Shown here in pieces: positions 1-13,828 of a DNA stretch of 64,000 nucleotides; the stretch's first letter is position 1, and each line of letters opens with the position of its first letter. A program made the translations under genes and the position numbers. The stretch comes from Isurus oxyrinchus. Its lineage: Eukaryota. The stretch is from NCBI GenBank assembly GCA_026770705.1, contig JANJGN010000140.1:1-64000 (forward strand), written 5' to 3'. The notes beneath the pieces are model-generated. The model was given only the letters and a program-made list of their open reading frames with translations, was not told the DNA's origin and did no database searches.

Positions 1-864
1 CCCTCACTTAACCTCTCTCCTCTTTTTCTCTCAGTCAGCACCAAACACACTTAAAACATTCCATTTCAGAATAACCCCCTGTGAGGGCTATTATTGTTTT
101 AATTTCCCCTCTTTTCTCTCAGTGATAACATTCAGTCCATCCCGCCTTCGGTTAATATGTTACAACCAAAACAATCTCATTTATTTAATTCTTTAAATTG
201 GGAATGGAGGTGAATGTAATGCTGAGACCGGAAGCAATCTGTGTGGCTGTTCTTGATGCTGTCAGAGTGAGTTCACCCTCACAGGCAGGAAGACTGTTTA
301 CGGTGATAACACGAAACTGGCGCCTGCTGTTTCATTCTCAAGTAACACAACTTCCTGTTTCTCTGCTGCCGGTTCCAAACCGCACATCTCACTTCTGAGC
401 AGAAAATAAATCCAGGGGCCACAATCTGGTGAGAACATCTGTCAAGGCGGCCTATATCTGGCAACAGAGTCAGGGCAGAGTTATACAGATCACATTGCGG
501 TGATATTTACAAATGAGCCTGCGTGATCCGTTTAGAGCTTCATTTCCAGGACATAATTGGATGGTCAGTCACTGAGCTCCCTTGAGTCCCTGAAACAGGG
601 AAATGAGATCTTGCTACCTTTCAGTTTTCGTTGTCATGCTCCACCACCCGCCCCAACTCTAACTCCCCCTCCACACCCCAACACCGCCCCCCGCCATCCG
701 CCACCCGCCACGCACACACGCTCCCTGCACGTACACTTTCCCTCCAAACTTGTTTCCTGTTTCTGTGCAACATTTCGTCTCCCTTGTTCATTTTAAGTCT
801 CCTTCCCTAGTTTCATCTTTGATTATCTCTCTAGTGTATCTCTCTCCACCTCTCTGTGTGTCTA

Positions 865-1150
865 TGAAATAGAAGCGTTCAAAATCATGAAAGTTTCAAT
901 AATGTGAATAAAGAGAGACCATTTCAACTGGTAGGAGGGTCGGTAACCAGCTGACACAAATTTACTTTTTTGAACAAGAAGGCAGGAGGATAATTGTTTA
1001 TTTTTTTTAACACGGCGAATTGTTCTGAACTGGAAGCACAGCTTGATAGGGTGATGGGATCAGATTAATAGTTACTTTGTAAAATGAATTCTATAAAGAC
1101 TTAAAGGGGTTAAAATTTGAAGGATTACAGGGAATGGGACGAATTGAAAT
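865..1150 (+). mobile_element. CR1-like LINE 3' fragment
   Basis: Decayed 'IEAFKIMK..NNVNKERPF.L...S.T' CR1 ORF2 C-terminal pattern followed by 3' UTR-like sequence; boundaries approximate. Confidence 0.55.
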
Positions 1151-2479
1151 GCTCATCTTTTTCATTGTCCCAGCATCTTTCCTATATCTACCTCTGTCCT
1201 TCATTGAGCCCAAATAAAATGCAATAATTAGACAGCTTTCGTCTTCTGCTAATCCAGTCTTTTGACAGCGCTTGAGTGCGTGTATGTCGCTAATTGCCAG
1301 GAATCATTCAGAAGTTTACTACTGTTTACAAACCACTACTTTGAACAAAATAATAACACCGAGTAGTGCTTGTTTAGTAGAAAGCACGATTATCTTTAAC
1401 ATTTTCGGCTTTGATTCTTCCTCTGGTGAGGTTTTGGTGTTTAATCCTTTCAGTCATCATGTGCCTCAAGCTGACGGTTTAAACATTGGTTTCTACAAGC
1501 TGCCGGTTCCGGACCTTGCGTGTCTGTGTAAATGGAGAAATGTCGGTAACAATGAGAGGGAACAGGTTATTTTCTGTTCCTCTGACAGATGCAGCATTTA
1601 CCCCTCAGATATCAGAAATCTCTGGAGTCCGCCATGATTGTCCTCCCCTTGGGTATAACAGCTCTCAGTCAGGTGGAGTCAGTCACACGGGCCTCTGTCA
1701 TAATGTTTCCGCTCCGTTTTTACCACTCAAATCCCCGTGTCACTCACCATAACACAGAAGCCTGCGCTAAGGCCCTAAACATTATTGCTTCCTCGTACTT
1801 TCACACCCTATTACAGTCAGATGCTTATTAGATCCTCTCTTTATGTCAGATTACCAGCAGCCTCTGTTACAGACACACTGGAGCCGGCCTCTGTGACTAT
1901 TATTGGACCAGGCCCCACTCTGGCCCGGGCCCGGCAGTCAGAATTCCCTTTGCAAATCCAAGGAGGCAGAGATTGTTTGTATTTTTGGGGAGGGCGGGAA
2001 GGTGAAAGCAGCAACAATGTCCCAAGAACCCGTCCTTTGCTGGATGGAGAAACTGTCCAGAGTTTCTCTGTCTTTAAGTCCTCCTCCTGAGTGTAAGAAA
2101 ATAATGGATAAAAGAACAGAAAGGCTGACATATAAACTATCACCGTGAGCACTGGGAGTTATTAAATGGTCAACTCTCTGGATCGAGTCTTCAATCCACA
2201 AACGGTTGACTCATGGGTAAAAGTGATGCTAATTCGTCAATGCTGACATGATGTATCCCCAGTTCCCATTGCATTAGTACAACATATGACCAATGCTAGA
2301 AACCAAAAAATCGAAAGTGCTGGAAATCCTCAACAGGTCAGACAGCAGGTGTCGAGCCTGTTTGTTTTCCGGATCGTCATATACTTTGCAGCCTTGGGGA
2401 AAGTGTGGAGAGGCGGGAGGATTTTGGAGGCTGATTGCAAACCGGCGTTCTGTCACACCAACACTCTTCCCGTGGTCAA

Positions 2480-2710
2480 CGGAGCCGGGCGTGGAATCTG
2501 AACACAGATCTTACAGCTCAAAAGCAGGAGGACCACCAACTGTACCATTCGGGAGTGCAGTGGCTGTGGAGAGAAGTGGAGTTAAAGTTTCTAATCGATG
2601 ATTCCGGTTCTGCTGAAGGGTCATTGCCATGAAACGTTCACTCTGTTTATCGCCACAGATTCTGTCTGACCTGCAGAGTGATTCCAGAATGTTATGTTGC
2701 GTTTGCAATT
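2480..2710 (+). pseudogene. Possible highly decayed V-segment relic
   Basis: 3' end reads DLQSDSRMLCCVC, reminiscent of DLQxSDSAxYYC; no RSS recognisable. Confidence 0.25.
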
Positions 2711-3650
2711 ACACTAGTGTCAGTGTTATTGCACCAACTCCATCCCATTCATATTGCAGTGGTGCTTGACTCTGTTATTGGGCATTAGGCAAAAGATTTG
2801 TTATTGTATCAATTGGCTCTGTCTCACACACACTATTATGTAAGACCCAACTTCGATTTGGGTGGATCAGGTGCTGACTGTGTCATTATCACACTGGATC
2901 CAGTGATGTATTCAGTGATTCACTGCAACCCGCTATCCTCTGTTATCATCAAACATTACACTAATTACACAGAGCTTTACCGTTCTTAATCTGTTCCCTA
3001 TATCCATTGTATAAAACGCTGTCTCTGTAATAGTTGCATGAAGAGCCTACATGTCATTAAAATACTAATGCAAACCTCTTTCAATATTTCTGAAAACCTT
3101 GTGCCAATCAGTTTTCAATAGTAACCTGATTCTGATATTGTTAATATTGACCCTGTTTCTGCTACTGTTTCGACATAACTTCTTTCTGTTGTTATTTTGT
3201 ACCAACTGTTTTTGTTATTATGATCACACAAATATCGGTTCATTTAATGTTATACCAAGTCCTCCCTCTCTCTTATTCCTGAACTAGCCAATTTCTCTGT
3301 TTATTTGACTCTTGGGTCAATTTGTGCTATCACCGCTCTAGCACATGCCTCTGTCTGTACTATACTAGGTATTGTGCCTGTTAGTACTTACACTAGCCGA
3401 TACCTATGTTTATATTACACTATGTCCTGTCTCCGATATTAATGGATGGGCCCATATGCTTGGTTATATAACACCAGGTCTTGTCTCTGTTATTACTTCA
3501 TTAGTCGATATCTTCTTTTATATTAAACCAGATACTGTCTCTGTTATTAATGCAGTAACCCATATCTCTGCTTATGTTACACCAAGTTTGGTCTCTGTTT
3601 ATACTCGACTAGGCCCTGGTTTATTTTCGTTAAGATTATATTGAATATAC
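2710..3650 (-). repeat. Degenerate ~27-bp minisatellite array (reverse orientation)
   Basis: Recurring TTATATTACAC..CC.GTCTC.GT units, the reverse complement of the 4900-6540 array unit. Confidence 0.7.
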
Positions 3651-4254
3651 AACCTGCAGTTAAACCAATCCGTCCAAACATGATTCGAGTGGTTGTGGTG
3701 GGATTTGTCAAGGAAACAGTTGAAAAGGTGAAATAGAAATGGTGAAAGTTTCTGGAGAGCAGCAGGAGTTTCAATCCTTCCCATCAACAGGAATAATAAA
3801 TCGGAGAATTACAGGTGTATTAGTCTCATGTCAGGTGTAGGTAAAGTTTGATTTTTGCCCATCACTTGCACAAATCATCACACATTCGAGATTATCAGGA
3901 GCTTCTGTGAGATATTGAGGTGATCATTTGTTAATAAACTGCTGGTTCTTTTGGATGTGACTACTCCACTTTCCAACTGATCACCGGAGACAGATAAAGC
4001 GCCTTAGAAACAAAATCGTCACTCTGACATCACTTTGTAAACAAATGCGCACAACAGATTGGTTATCAATAAAAACTTACAGTATTAAACAACCTACAAT
4101 TTAAATAAATGCATAGTTTTGGATTTGAACACAATCACTGAAGGCAGGAGTGGACTGAAAATTGTCACTGGGAGAAATGAAGAGAAATTGCGAAAAAAAA
4201 ATTCCAAAGAGTGTTATTAGATAACAAGAGATTCAAAATTAATAAGGGACTGTC

Positions 4255-4278
4255 TCAGAGAGAGAGAGAGAGAGAGCG

Positions 4279-4325
<47 letters not shown>

Positions 4326-4420
4326 GGGTTGGTGAGGGGTGCGGGGGGTTGGGGGGAGTTAGATGGTGGGTGGAGAGAGAGCATGAGAGAGAAAGAAAGG
4401 TTGAGAGAGAGAGAGAGAGA
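4255..4420. repeat. (GA)n/(GT)n/poly-G microsatellite
   Basis: Directly visible. Confidence 0.95.
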
Positions 4421-4899
4421 AGAGGTTCAGTGAGTTAGACGCTGCCTCAGACAGAGAAAGAAGGGACATTCAATGAGTTTGGTGATAAACATGCTCGTCT
4501 TAGTGACGAACGTGTCAGTATGACATCACTTTCTAAGCAAAAGTACACAACGAAACATGCTATCAATAAATGTTTACAGCACTAAATAATCCGCAGTGAC
4601 AGTTTGAGTAAAAGAAAATTAAATATTGAAACAATCGGGTAAAGATCATCATTTATCTTTGAGAAAAAGCGGTATAAGCAAGAAGTATGTTTTTTTATCT
4701 ATACGGCACACATAACTGGCCATATCTGATCTATAATTTCTTTGACTAAAACGAAATGAAAATAACTGTCAGGCGCTGCAAAGAATGGGCCATCCAATAC
4801 CGCCCGTTTTAGGCCAACGCCAGGGAACAATTCCCACCTCAACATCTTTGTGTATAATATTATCTCTCCAACTCACAGTTGCAGGAATCATAGAGACAT

Positions 4900-6540
4900 G
4901 GCCAAGCGTAGAAATAACCGAGGCAGGGTTAGCGCACTAACACTGGGTCAATTGATATTAATCCTCTCTCGGGGCTAGAACAGTAATGATTGATTTGGCT
5001 CATGGATTAATAACACCCTGGACAGGGTCTGGTGCAATAATAACTCAGATTGCCTATAGTGTAAGATAAACAAAAACATGATCTAGTGGAATAAAAACAG
5101 AGACAGGGAAAGTGTAATAAAAAGAGATGTCTGGATTAGTGCTGCAGCTACTAAGACAGGGTTTAGCGTTGTATATACAGACGCTGGGCCCAGAGCAGTA
5201 ATAACTGAGACTTTTCCACATGCAATACAACCAGAGCCACGGCCAAATTCAGGAGCAGCTGAGGCGAGGCCGAGCACTGAAATAACTGAGGCAGGAACTG
5301 GTGTAATATTATCATGGACATACTCTATTTCAATATAATCAGAGTCAGGGTCTGGTGCAGTAATGCTGAGACAGGGCTGAGTGCACCAATTATTGATACA
5401 GCATCCACGGTAATACAAATGAAGGCTGGGCCTAGTATCAGCAATTATTGAGCCAGGATTTAGTGCAGTGATAACAGACTTGGCCTTGTGTAGTATAAAC
5501 AGAGACATGACCGACACAGAAATAACATTGATAGGGCCTATTTTAATATAAACAGAGGAAATGTCTAGTGTAATATTAACTGAGACAGGGTCGAGTGTAA
5601 TATAAACTGAGAGAGGGTCTATTGTAATGTAAACACAGATGTGCTCTGGTGTAATATAAACCGAGATGGGCTCCAGTATAATATTTTCTGAGACGGGGTC
5701 TAATGTAATATAAACTGAGACAGGGTCGAGTGTTATATAAACTGAGATAGGGTCTAACAGAATATGAGCAAAAAATTGATCTAGTGTAATATAAACAGAG
5801 GCATGATGTAGTGGAGTAAAATGTGAGGCAGTGCCGAGTGCAGTAATAATTGAGACAGTGTCTTGTGTAATATGAACACCGACATGGTCTAGTTCAGTAA
5901 TGACTGGGGCAGGATCTAGTGAAAGGAAATTGACACGGAGTCTGTTGCAGTTTCATCTGATATAGGAGCTTGTCTAATATAAACTGAGGCAGCGCCTAGT
6001 GCAATAACTACCAACATAGGACCTGGATTAATATAAACAGAGATGTGGGCAAGTGCAGCAATAAGAAAGAGGCACGGTTTTATACAATAATAACAATGAC
6101 AGAGCATCGTCTGATATAAACAGAGACATAGACTGGTGCAGCGTTCGCCAAGACATCCCCTAGTTTAGTATAAACATGGCAAAGTCTAGTAGTGCAATAG
6201 CTGAGACAGAGCCTCTTGTCATGTAAACAGGAACATGTTCTGGTTTCATATAAGTAGAGACAAGTACCAGTGCAGTAACAACTGAGACATGGACTATTGT
6301 CATATTAGCCAAGACATGGTTTAGTGCAGTGATAACTGAGAGAATGCATAGTGTAACATGGTCTTTGTCCTGTATATTGATTGAGATTGACCTATTATAG
6401 AAACAACTGAGACACAACCTGCTGTGATATGATCAGAGACATTACTGAGTGTAATATATACAGTCAAAGGTCAAGTTTAATATGAACAGGGAAAGGGTTC
6501 AGTGCAGAAATGATTGAGACAGTGCTTGTTTCATATGTCA
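4900..6540 (+). repeat. Degenerate ~27-bp minisatellite array
   Basis: Unit ACTGAGACAGGGTCGAGTGTAATATAA, clearest at 5578-5760. Confidence 0.8.
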
Positions 6541-6632
6541 GTATTCACTGTTTCACTGCCATCTACTGGACGGACCCTACTATTGCAGATGTTGTGAAAA
6601 TGTCGATTTTCGTTGCTGCTTCCGACATTAAT

Positions 6633-7885
6633 GATAGAATCATAGAATTCTTACAACGCAGGAGGATGCCATTCGGCCACTCCTGTCCGTGCTAACCCTC
6701 TGAAGGAGTAATTGACCTTGGGCCACAGCTTTCCCTGCAGTCCAGCATCTTTTTTCTTTTCAGATAAGGATCCAGTTTCGTTTTGAAAGCATCAATTGTC
6801 CCTCAATCCACCACACTGTCAGGCAGTGCATTCCAGATGCTAACCACTCACTGCGTGAAATGTTTTTCCTCTTGTCTCTATTGCTTCTTCTCCAGATTAC
6901 TTTAAATCTGAGCCGTCTGGTTCTCAATCCTTCCACCAATGGGAACATTTTCTCCCTATCTACTCTGCCCCGGCCTTTCCTGATTTTTAATACCTGTATC
7001 AAATCTCCTCTAAAACTTTTTCTCCTCAAACGAGATTGAAGCCAACCGCTCCACTTCTTTATACATAACTGGAGTTCGTCACCCTTGAAACAATTTCCAT
7101 GAACCTTTCCTGTGCCCTCTCTCATGCCTTCAAATTCTTCCAAAAATGTAGTGCCCGCAATTGGATGCAATTCTCCAGTTGAGGCCTAACCAGTGTGCCA
7201 CACACGTTTAACATGACCTCTTTGCTTGTATACGCTTTTCCTCTGTTAATAAAGCTCAGTATGTTGCATGATTTATTAATCACGCTCTTTCAACTTGTCC
7301 TGCCACCTTCAATAATTTATACACATTAACACCCAGGTCACTCGGCTCCTGCAGCCGCTTTGGAATCACACCCTTTCCTTTATACTGTCTGTCTGCGTTC
7401 TTCCCACCAAAATTTCATCTGTCACTTGTCCGCCCTTTCCACCAACCTCTCGATGTCTTTTTGAAGTTCTACACTATCCTCCTCATGGCCCGCAATGCTT
7501 CCACATTTCACATCGTCCATATATTTTGACATTGTGCTCTGTACACCAAGGCCCAGGTTATGAATAAATATGATGAAAAGTAGGCGTTGTAACACTGACC
7601 CTTGGGGAACTTCATTATAACCTTACCCTGAGTCCGAAAAACAAACGTTTAAAACTACTCTTTCTTTCCTGGCACTCAGCCAATCCATGATGTTACTGTC
7701 CATTTTATTCCAGTGAGGTCCAACTTTGTTCACAAGTCTGTTTTGCGGCATTTTATCAAATGTCTTTTGGAGACCATGTAAACCACATCAAAAGCATTAC
7801 CCTCATCAACCACCGCTGCTATGTCAACAAAAAACTCAAGCAAGTTAGTTAAATATGATTTTCTCTTAACAGATCCATGCTGGCT
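6633..7885 (-). mobile_element. CR1-like LINE (RT C-terminus + 3' tail)
   Basis: ORF 6760-7170 RGDLIQVLKI..GRVDREKMFPL..RTR; GVPQGSVL-like sequence near 7600; ATAGAATCATAGAAT tail. Confidence 0.85.
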
Positions 7886-9159
7886 TATTATATCAAGAAA
7901 CCACTACTACTGACGTATCGGCTCATTACATCCTGAGCGAACTTCCAATGCTTATGGTGCAACTGTGGCAGATTAACGTGGCTGATTTGCGCACTTTAAG
8001 GTCATGAGAAGAGCGAAGTGTCTCAATTCCTATTGATTAATTCTTGACGATCTTGTTTCAACCAAAGAATCTGGACCAAGGCGCATATTGTGGGAATGAT
8101 GGGAGCTTTAGTGACCAACTCAACCGGTGTGAAGTGGGGAGAGATATTTTCTTCATGGAACCACCTGAAATGTGGTGGCGGTGATTTTCTCCGATTCTTC
8201 AGGTGCTACAGAGCCTCCGAGGGAGGAAAGATGGGATCTTAAACTGAAATGTGTGTGTGTGAGCGAACGCATCAGATTTCCTGACAAGTGAAGTCCATAA
8301 AGATAAATGGCCAATTTTACCTGTTATGTTCCAGATTTTATTTTATTGAAAATGTATTTGCTGTTCGTTTAATGTCGTTAACATTGATTGAGAAGACACT
8401 GAGCATTCCCTCACCAAGGAACACATCTGTTCCTAGAATTCTGTTGGAAAATGGATTATATTATTCCAAGGATGGTGAGCATAGACACACCAGTCTCTGC
8501 GGTTCAATGTTTAGTGCTTCGCTCAGCATTAAATAGAAGCTCCTGACATAAACATTGAGAGTGTGATACGTTGTGCAAGTGATACTACCTATATCTGACA
8601 TAAATTTGCTCAGTTTTAAAATCCCGATTTATTATTTCCCTCACTTGGAAAGGAATGAAACACTTGCTGCTCTCCAGCAAGTTTCACACTATTTCTGTTG
8701 TCACGTTATTCCTTCTTACCCCACTACATTCATCATTTCCACCCAATGTCTTCCAACCCCTTGGGTTATGATGCAGTGAAATAAGAGTTTAAAAAACAGC
8801 TTTACAAAATATAAAAGGCCCCATGCGCCAGAGCAATATAAGTGGGACAACTGGACAGAGTCTGATCCATTATCAATGAAGACATGGTGTCGAATGGGCA
8901 TAAATTTCTGGGCTATGAGGAAACAGCGTGGGTGGTGGGGTGGGTGGGGTGTGGGGCGCGGCTGCGGGATGTGAGGTGGGGTTGGTGAGACAGCATGAGA
9001 TAAATTCGATAGTTTTTTCTAAAAATGCTGGTACAATCCCGAGGAGCTGAATGACCTCCTTCCCAGCCGGGAGCACAGGTTCATTCTAGAAGCCTATGAC
9101 TTATTGGCTCAATCCAACACTTTTCATTTTGCACCTATAATTCATAAAAATGAAAAATA

Positions 9160-9170
9160 TAATATATATG

Positions 9171-9237
<67 letters not shown>
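9160..9237. repeat. (TA)n microsatellite
   Basis: Directly visible. Confidence 0.97.
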
Positions 9238-9560
9238 TACAGCGCCTTTCACGATCACCGGAAATCTCCGAGTGTTTTACAACCAAAAATGTTCTTATGA
9301 TGTGTATTGACAGTTGTAATGTAGGAAACACTGCAGCCTGTTTGAGCACAGCAATCTCCCACAAACAGCAACATGATAATGACCAGGTAATCTGCGCCTC
9401 TGCGTATTTTAAAATGTTTATTAACCGATAAATGCTAAGGCACTGGGGATAACTCCCTGCACTTCCAGATGGAATAGTACCATGGAATCTTTCACATCGA
9501 CCTGAGAGGGCAGACGGTTCCCAGTTTAATGTCAGAGGGGGAAGTGCTGCCAACTGAGCC
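9238..9560 (-). mobile_element. Deu-domain SINE (SacSINE/AmnSINE-like)
   Basis: Reverse complement contains CCGTCTGCCCTCTCAGGT...AAAGATTCCATGG...CTGGTCATTATCATGTTGCTGTTTGTGGGAGATTGCTGTG...GTGAAAGGCGCT, which I recognise as the Deu-SINE core. Confidence 0.7.
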
Positions 9561-10804
9561 ACAGCTGACAACCAAAGTCCCTTGTGAATGAATATGACAT
9601 AAATAAATATAAATCCAGGCATCCAATGGCTCAACTTTATACATAGGTACATAGTTAAATCAGACTGAACCTGGCCCCAACGGTACCACAAAACCTATCA
9701 TAGAGTTCCGCTGGTAGCACAGGCACTGACTGTGGGTGTGATCTAGAATCTGGCAACAGAATAGCTCCTTCATTGTGCGAGTTGTACTCTAAGATCCAAC
9801 CAGTTTGTAGGTTAGCCAGAACTTCAAAGTAATTCAAATGATTTGTGGACCAACTAGCTCATTTCCTTAAACAAACGAATATTCATTGGGCCTTGAATCG
9901 TTACAGAATTGGAGAACATTAATAGATTTCACCAATCGATTAGGAGTGGTGAAAGGGTGGAGGATTATTGATAGAGTGAGAAACATCATTCAGTTGCAAG
10001 CCATCGATTGTATGGGAAAGTTGAAGATTTGGAACTATCAATAGATCAAACTATTAATATATTGAGGCACAGCTGATGCTTTTTAAACATAATCAATGAC
10101 AAAAATACCAAGAAATATAAATTGCTTTGCAATATGACAGCCTGGGAACACCTATTGTTATGAAAGTATAATAATTTAATAATATTCTTCTGGTTTATAG
10201 TAAGTTAGGTTTATGGGAGTGAGTATAGTTGGTTCTATCTGGGTGATTTAAATACATTTGGAGTCAGATAGACTGCAGGCTTGGAATTATCAAAAGGAGC
10301 CTTCTGTAGAAATGTGTTTGAAATGCTAATTAATAAACATGGGTGCTGGCTAAGCATCCAAGGTGGGAAGGGAGTTTGCCTTTTTAGATAAATTAAAGGA
10401 TTGTATGGATTTCGGTTTACAAGTAGCCAGCTAAGCAAGGCTAAGGAGTGAATTTATTTTTCCCAAAGGTTACTGATAATATTGGAGCATGAATTTTCCT
10501 TTATTATGGGAAAGGTACCGCTCCAAAGTCTATGGAACAATAGAATTTACATATTAAGGAGAGATAAAAATACATAAAGGAGAATGAAAGACTATGTGAA
10601 GCGAGGGCCATGTAAGATCTAACAGGAGTGAGTGAAACAGCCTTCAAGAAGCCTACAGCCTTTTGTGCATAAGCTGGCTCTGTCCAGTAACTGAAGCTGG
10701 AGCAAACCATTTGCAGTTCCACCTCCAAGTTAGAACTGGGATAACTTGCTGGTTTTCTTTTAAATATAAAATCACCCTGCCCGGGAGCGTGGTGGAGGTG
10801 GGTT

Positions 10805-10950
10805 AAAAAACAAAAACAGAATTACCTCGAAAAACTCAGCAGGTCTGGCAGCATCAACGGAGAAGAAAAGAGTTGACGTTTCGAGTCCTCATCACCCTTC
10901 AATAGAACTAGGTGAATCCAAGGAAGGTGTGAAATATAAGCTGGTTTAAG
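10805..10950 (-). mobile_element. Penelope-like retroelement terminal fragment
   Basis: AAACTCAGCAGGTCTGGCAGCATC...GTTGACGTTTCGAGTC motif, also at ~2300-2370, 12680-12770, 14157-14247. Confidence 0.55.
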
Positions 10951-10958
10951 GTGTGTGT

Positions 10959-10989
<31 letters not shown>

Positions 10990-12823
10990 CGGGGGGGGGG
11001 GGGGCTGTTGGGTGGGGGGAGAGAAATGTAGGGGGGGTGTGGGGTGTGGTTGTAGGGACAAGCAAGCTGCCTCTTCTGCACTGTGTGATTCTGAGATTCT
11101 GTGATTCTATGATTTTGGACTGCTGCCTTAAAAGGGGTATGTAACTGAGAGTCAGGTTAATTCAGAATTTTAGGAATGCTACAGTATTGTGTAATAGCAG
11201 TATTATATATGTTTTTGACATCTTTTATTTTGTCAATACATATTTTAATTTAATTTTTACAATCTCTAGAAGTCTAAGTGGACTCGTTACCTCTGAAGGA
11301 AGTTCACTCATCTTCTCATAATAATTACAAATTGAAAACCTTTGTGATGGCGTGACCACATTTCCCTTGTGGATTTGGTCCGCCTGGCCACATATCATCT
11401 GCTATGCCATAACAGATGGATCTGGAACTATCTCTCCATTTGTCTGACTCTGTTTCTGTTAGTTGGCACAGCGACAGTTACTCCTGATAGTGGGACATTG
11501 AACATGAATGGCAATGTGCACAGAGCAGGTAGTTATCCTCGTTAAAGGTAGAGATCCTCTTCTGCAATGAGGGAAGATCAATTGTGTATTAAGGAACTCT
11601 GCTGGTTACCTAAAAACATCTACCCAATATAATATTAATGACTATATTAATAACAATATTAATAATTCATTTTGCCGTAGTTTTGAACATTCGCAAAGGG
11701 TTTCAAGGTGTACATTCAGAGCAGAAATTTGTGTGGAAAGGTGATTACTGAATATTCCCACATTGATTCCTCGTTGGAGGCTTCATTTCACAACACGACT
11801 TCTCTCCGATCCTAAAACATCTCACAATGCAACTGCAACCGTATGAAAACCATGAGCTTGGATTCATATCATCCTATAGAGCACTGACCCTGTATTCATG
11901 TTCAAAACTGTGATTCAAATCACTTCGCCGACTCAGTTCTGTCTATTTCATGCACCATGTCTGATCTAACCAGAATCTCCATTGCGGCAATCCTGAGCAT
12001 ATCTCATTGGAGTACTGACCTCACCCATCCAACTCGTGAAGAATTGATTCTTTGCACAAATGTACTGAATGGAAAGCTTCTCGGGAGTATGGTTAAAGGG
12101 GTTAAGGGCTTTTGAATTTTTGACAACAATCTGTAATACCCATCGGATATGTTTCATTTTCAAACAATATTTTGCTGGACTGAAAGTCACAGTTCATGAA
12201 CGTTTTTCCTATGGTGTTCAGAATGGTATGACTGCACAGAATCACAGAGCAGCAAGAAATTACAAGGGAAATTGGAAAAAAATGTATGTATTCAACCATC
12301 TGCTATGTTTCCGCTGGGATTGAAGTAATTTGGTTGAGGATATGCTGAGTGTTTTGTTGTACGTGAAAAGGCCGCATGTTGCACATGTTTTAATCCTCGT
12401 TTCTCATCATAGTCATGAAACCGCTTTCTAACTTTGAGATGAAGTTTCAGCATCACCAGAAAAAGATCATCAGGGATATCTCCAGGTTGCACTTTGTGAC
12501 GTTCAGCTCGTCAGCTGTCAACAGCCAAGGAATTGGAATGATCCAGAAAATCGTGAAGGACTGAAAGCACCAGACTGACGCAAATGGAATAAAGGACCTG
12601 CTGTAAGTTATGGAGCAGTCAATCGTAAAGGTGAAAATGTCAGGCACATCCACCCACATTCCACCGATCCATTCACCCATCTGATGAAGAGTCTAAACCG
12701 TTAACGCTCGTTCTCTTTACACAAATGTTGTCAGACCTGCTGAGCTTTTCCAGCATTTTCTGTTTTTCCGTCCGTCCATCCGTCCATCACGTTTCCATGG
12801 TTAACCGTGTAATAATTTCTGCA

Positions 12824-13153
12824 GGAGTGAGTTCTGGAGGTTCAGTCGGACTGTGGTCAACAGAAGCCCAATAACTAGACGAATCTCGATGAGCATAAAT
12901 TGCATCTATACAACTTCAGATATAAATTATTTTTTGCTGCTTCATCGTCAAAAACAGAACCCGGCTCCAGCTTTCCTAATTCGGGCACATTCTTGTGAAA
13001 AAACATTAAAGTTCGCTTTTCAGTCATTCGAAAAATACCCAGGAATATAGTTGCTTTCACGTTGTTTGTGCTTCAGGTCGCTAACAATCCCGTGAATTAC
13101 TGTGTGCTGAGACCCTCAGTGAGAAAGGTCTCGGGGCAACTCGCACTGTTCCC
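12824..13153 (+). pseudogene. TCR alpha/delta V pseudogene
   Basis: Acceptor ttctgcag; SINCIYTTSDINYFLLLHRQ..PAFLI; NYCVLR end; frameshifts/stops; decayed heptamer CTCAGTG 13115-13121. Confidence 0.8.
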
Positions 13154-13828
13154 GTGTTTTGTGAGATCAGTGAAAATAAGATTCATTAGTTTCGGCCACC
13201 AGGTGGCACATCAGGCCGTGGATTCCCACCTCCTGACATACTTGCTTAAAAATACTTGAGGAGAAATGGTGTTTCATCTCGTATGTGTGCCCATTAGTGT
13301 GACGTTAACTTAGAGACCCATAATTGGGAAGTTTTATTTCAGTATTAATCAACAGCCCAGCTCCAGTACATTGGGATGGGATGCCCAGTTGTTCTGTTCC
13401 CCACGACAGATTCAGCCCCTTGATTTAACTGACTTCAACTATGAAAGTATCTGTAATTACAGGATAATACAACAATTCCTTAATTCCTGTCGCCAGACTG
13501 TTTTCCCCAGATTCGTAATGACTATCAACGTAACGCAGTCCTTACAGACCGGCAGAATTATATAATTTCTGTTGAGTGCATTAGTTTTGAATTCCGCTCA
13601 TTATAGTTAGATTTTACGAGTGACAACAGTGCCCGCGGCCGCCTCCCCCATAGTTCTGTTCGTTTCTCTCGCTCTGACCTTCCTTGCCTTTTCTGTGATT
13701 TGGAAAGTTGTTATCCATTTTTCCTGGTTTGACGTTGGTTGGACCGACAGTACAGTGCGCCGGGGATCTGCACTTCTGCCCTGACAGAGGATTTGGCGGA
13801 CTGTAGAGTTACAGACTCAGGGAGCATC

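Noticed and set aside
219-272. Leader-like MLRPEAICVAVLDAVR followed by GTGAGT
   Set aside because: Phase 0, weakly hydrophobic, and no recognisable V exon or RSS downstream
1429-1462. Minus-strand RSS-like CACATGA...ACCAAAACC
   Set aside because: Spacer ~18 nt, poor heptamer, no adjacent V/D/J coding sequence
5083-6417. ORFs of 63-144 aa
   Set aside because: By-products of the 27-bp (9-codon) minisatellite
4900-6540. CRISPR-like periodicity
   Set aside because: Head-to-tail degenerate units without unique spacers; eukaryotic context
9101-9691. 196-aa ORF
   Set aside because: Spans a SINE and a (TA)n microsatellite
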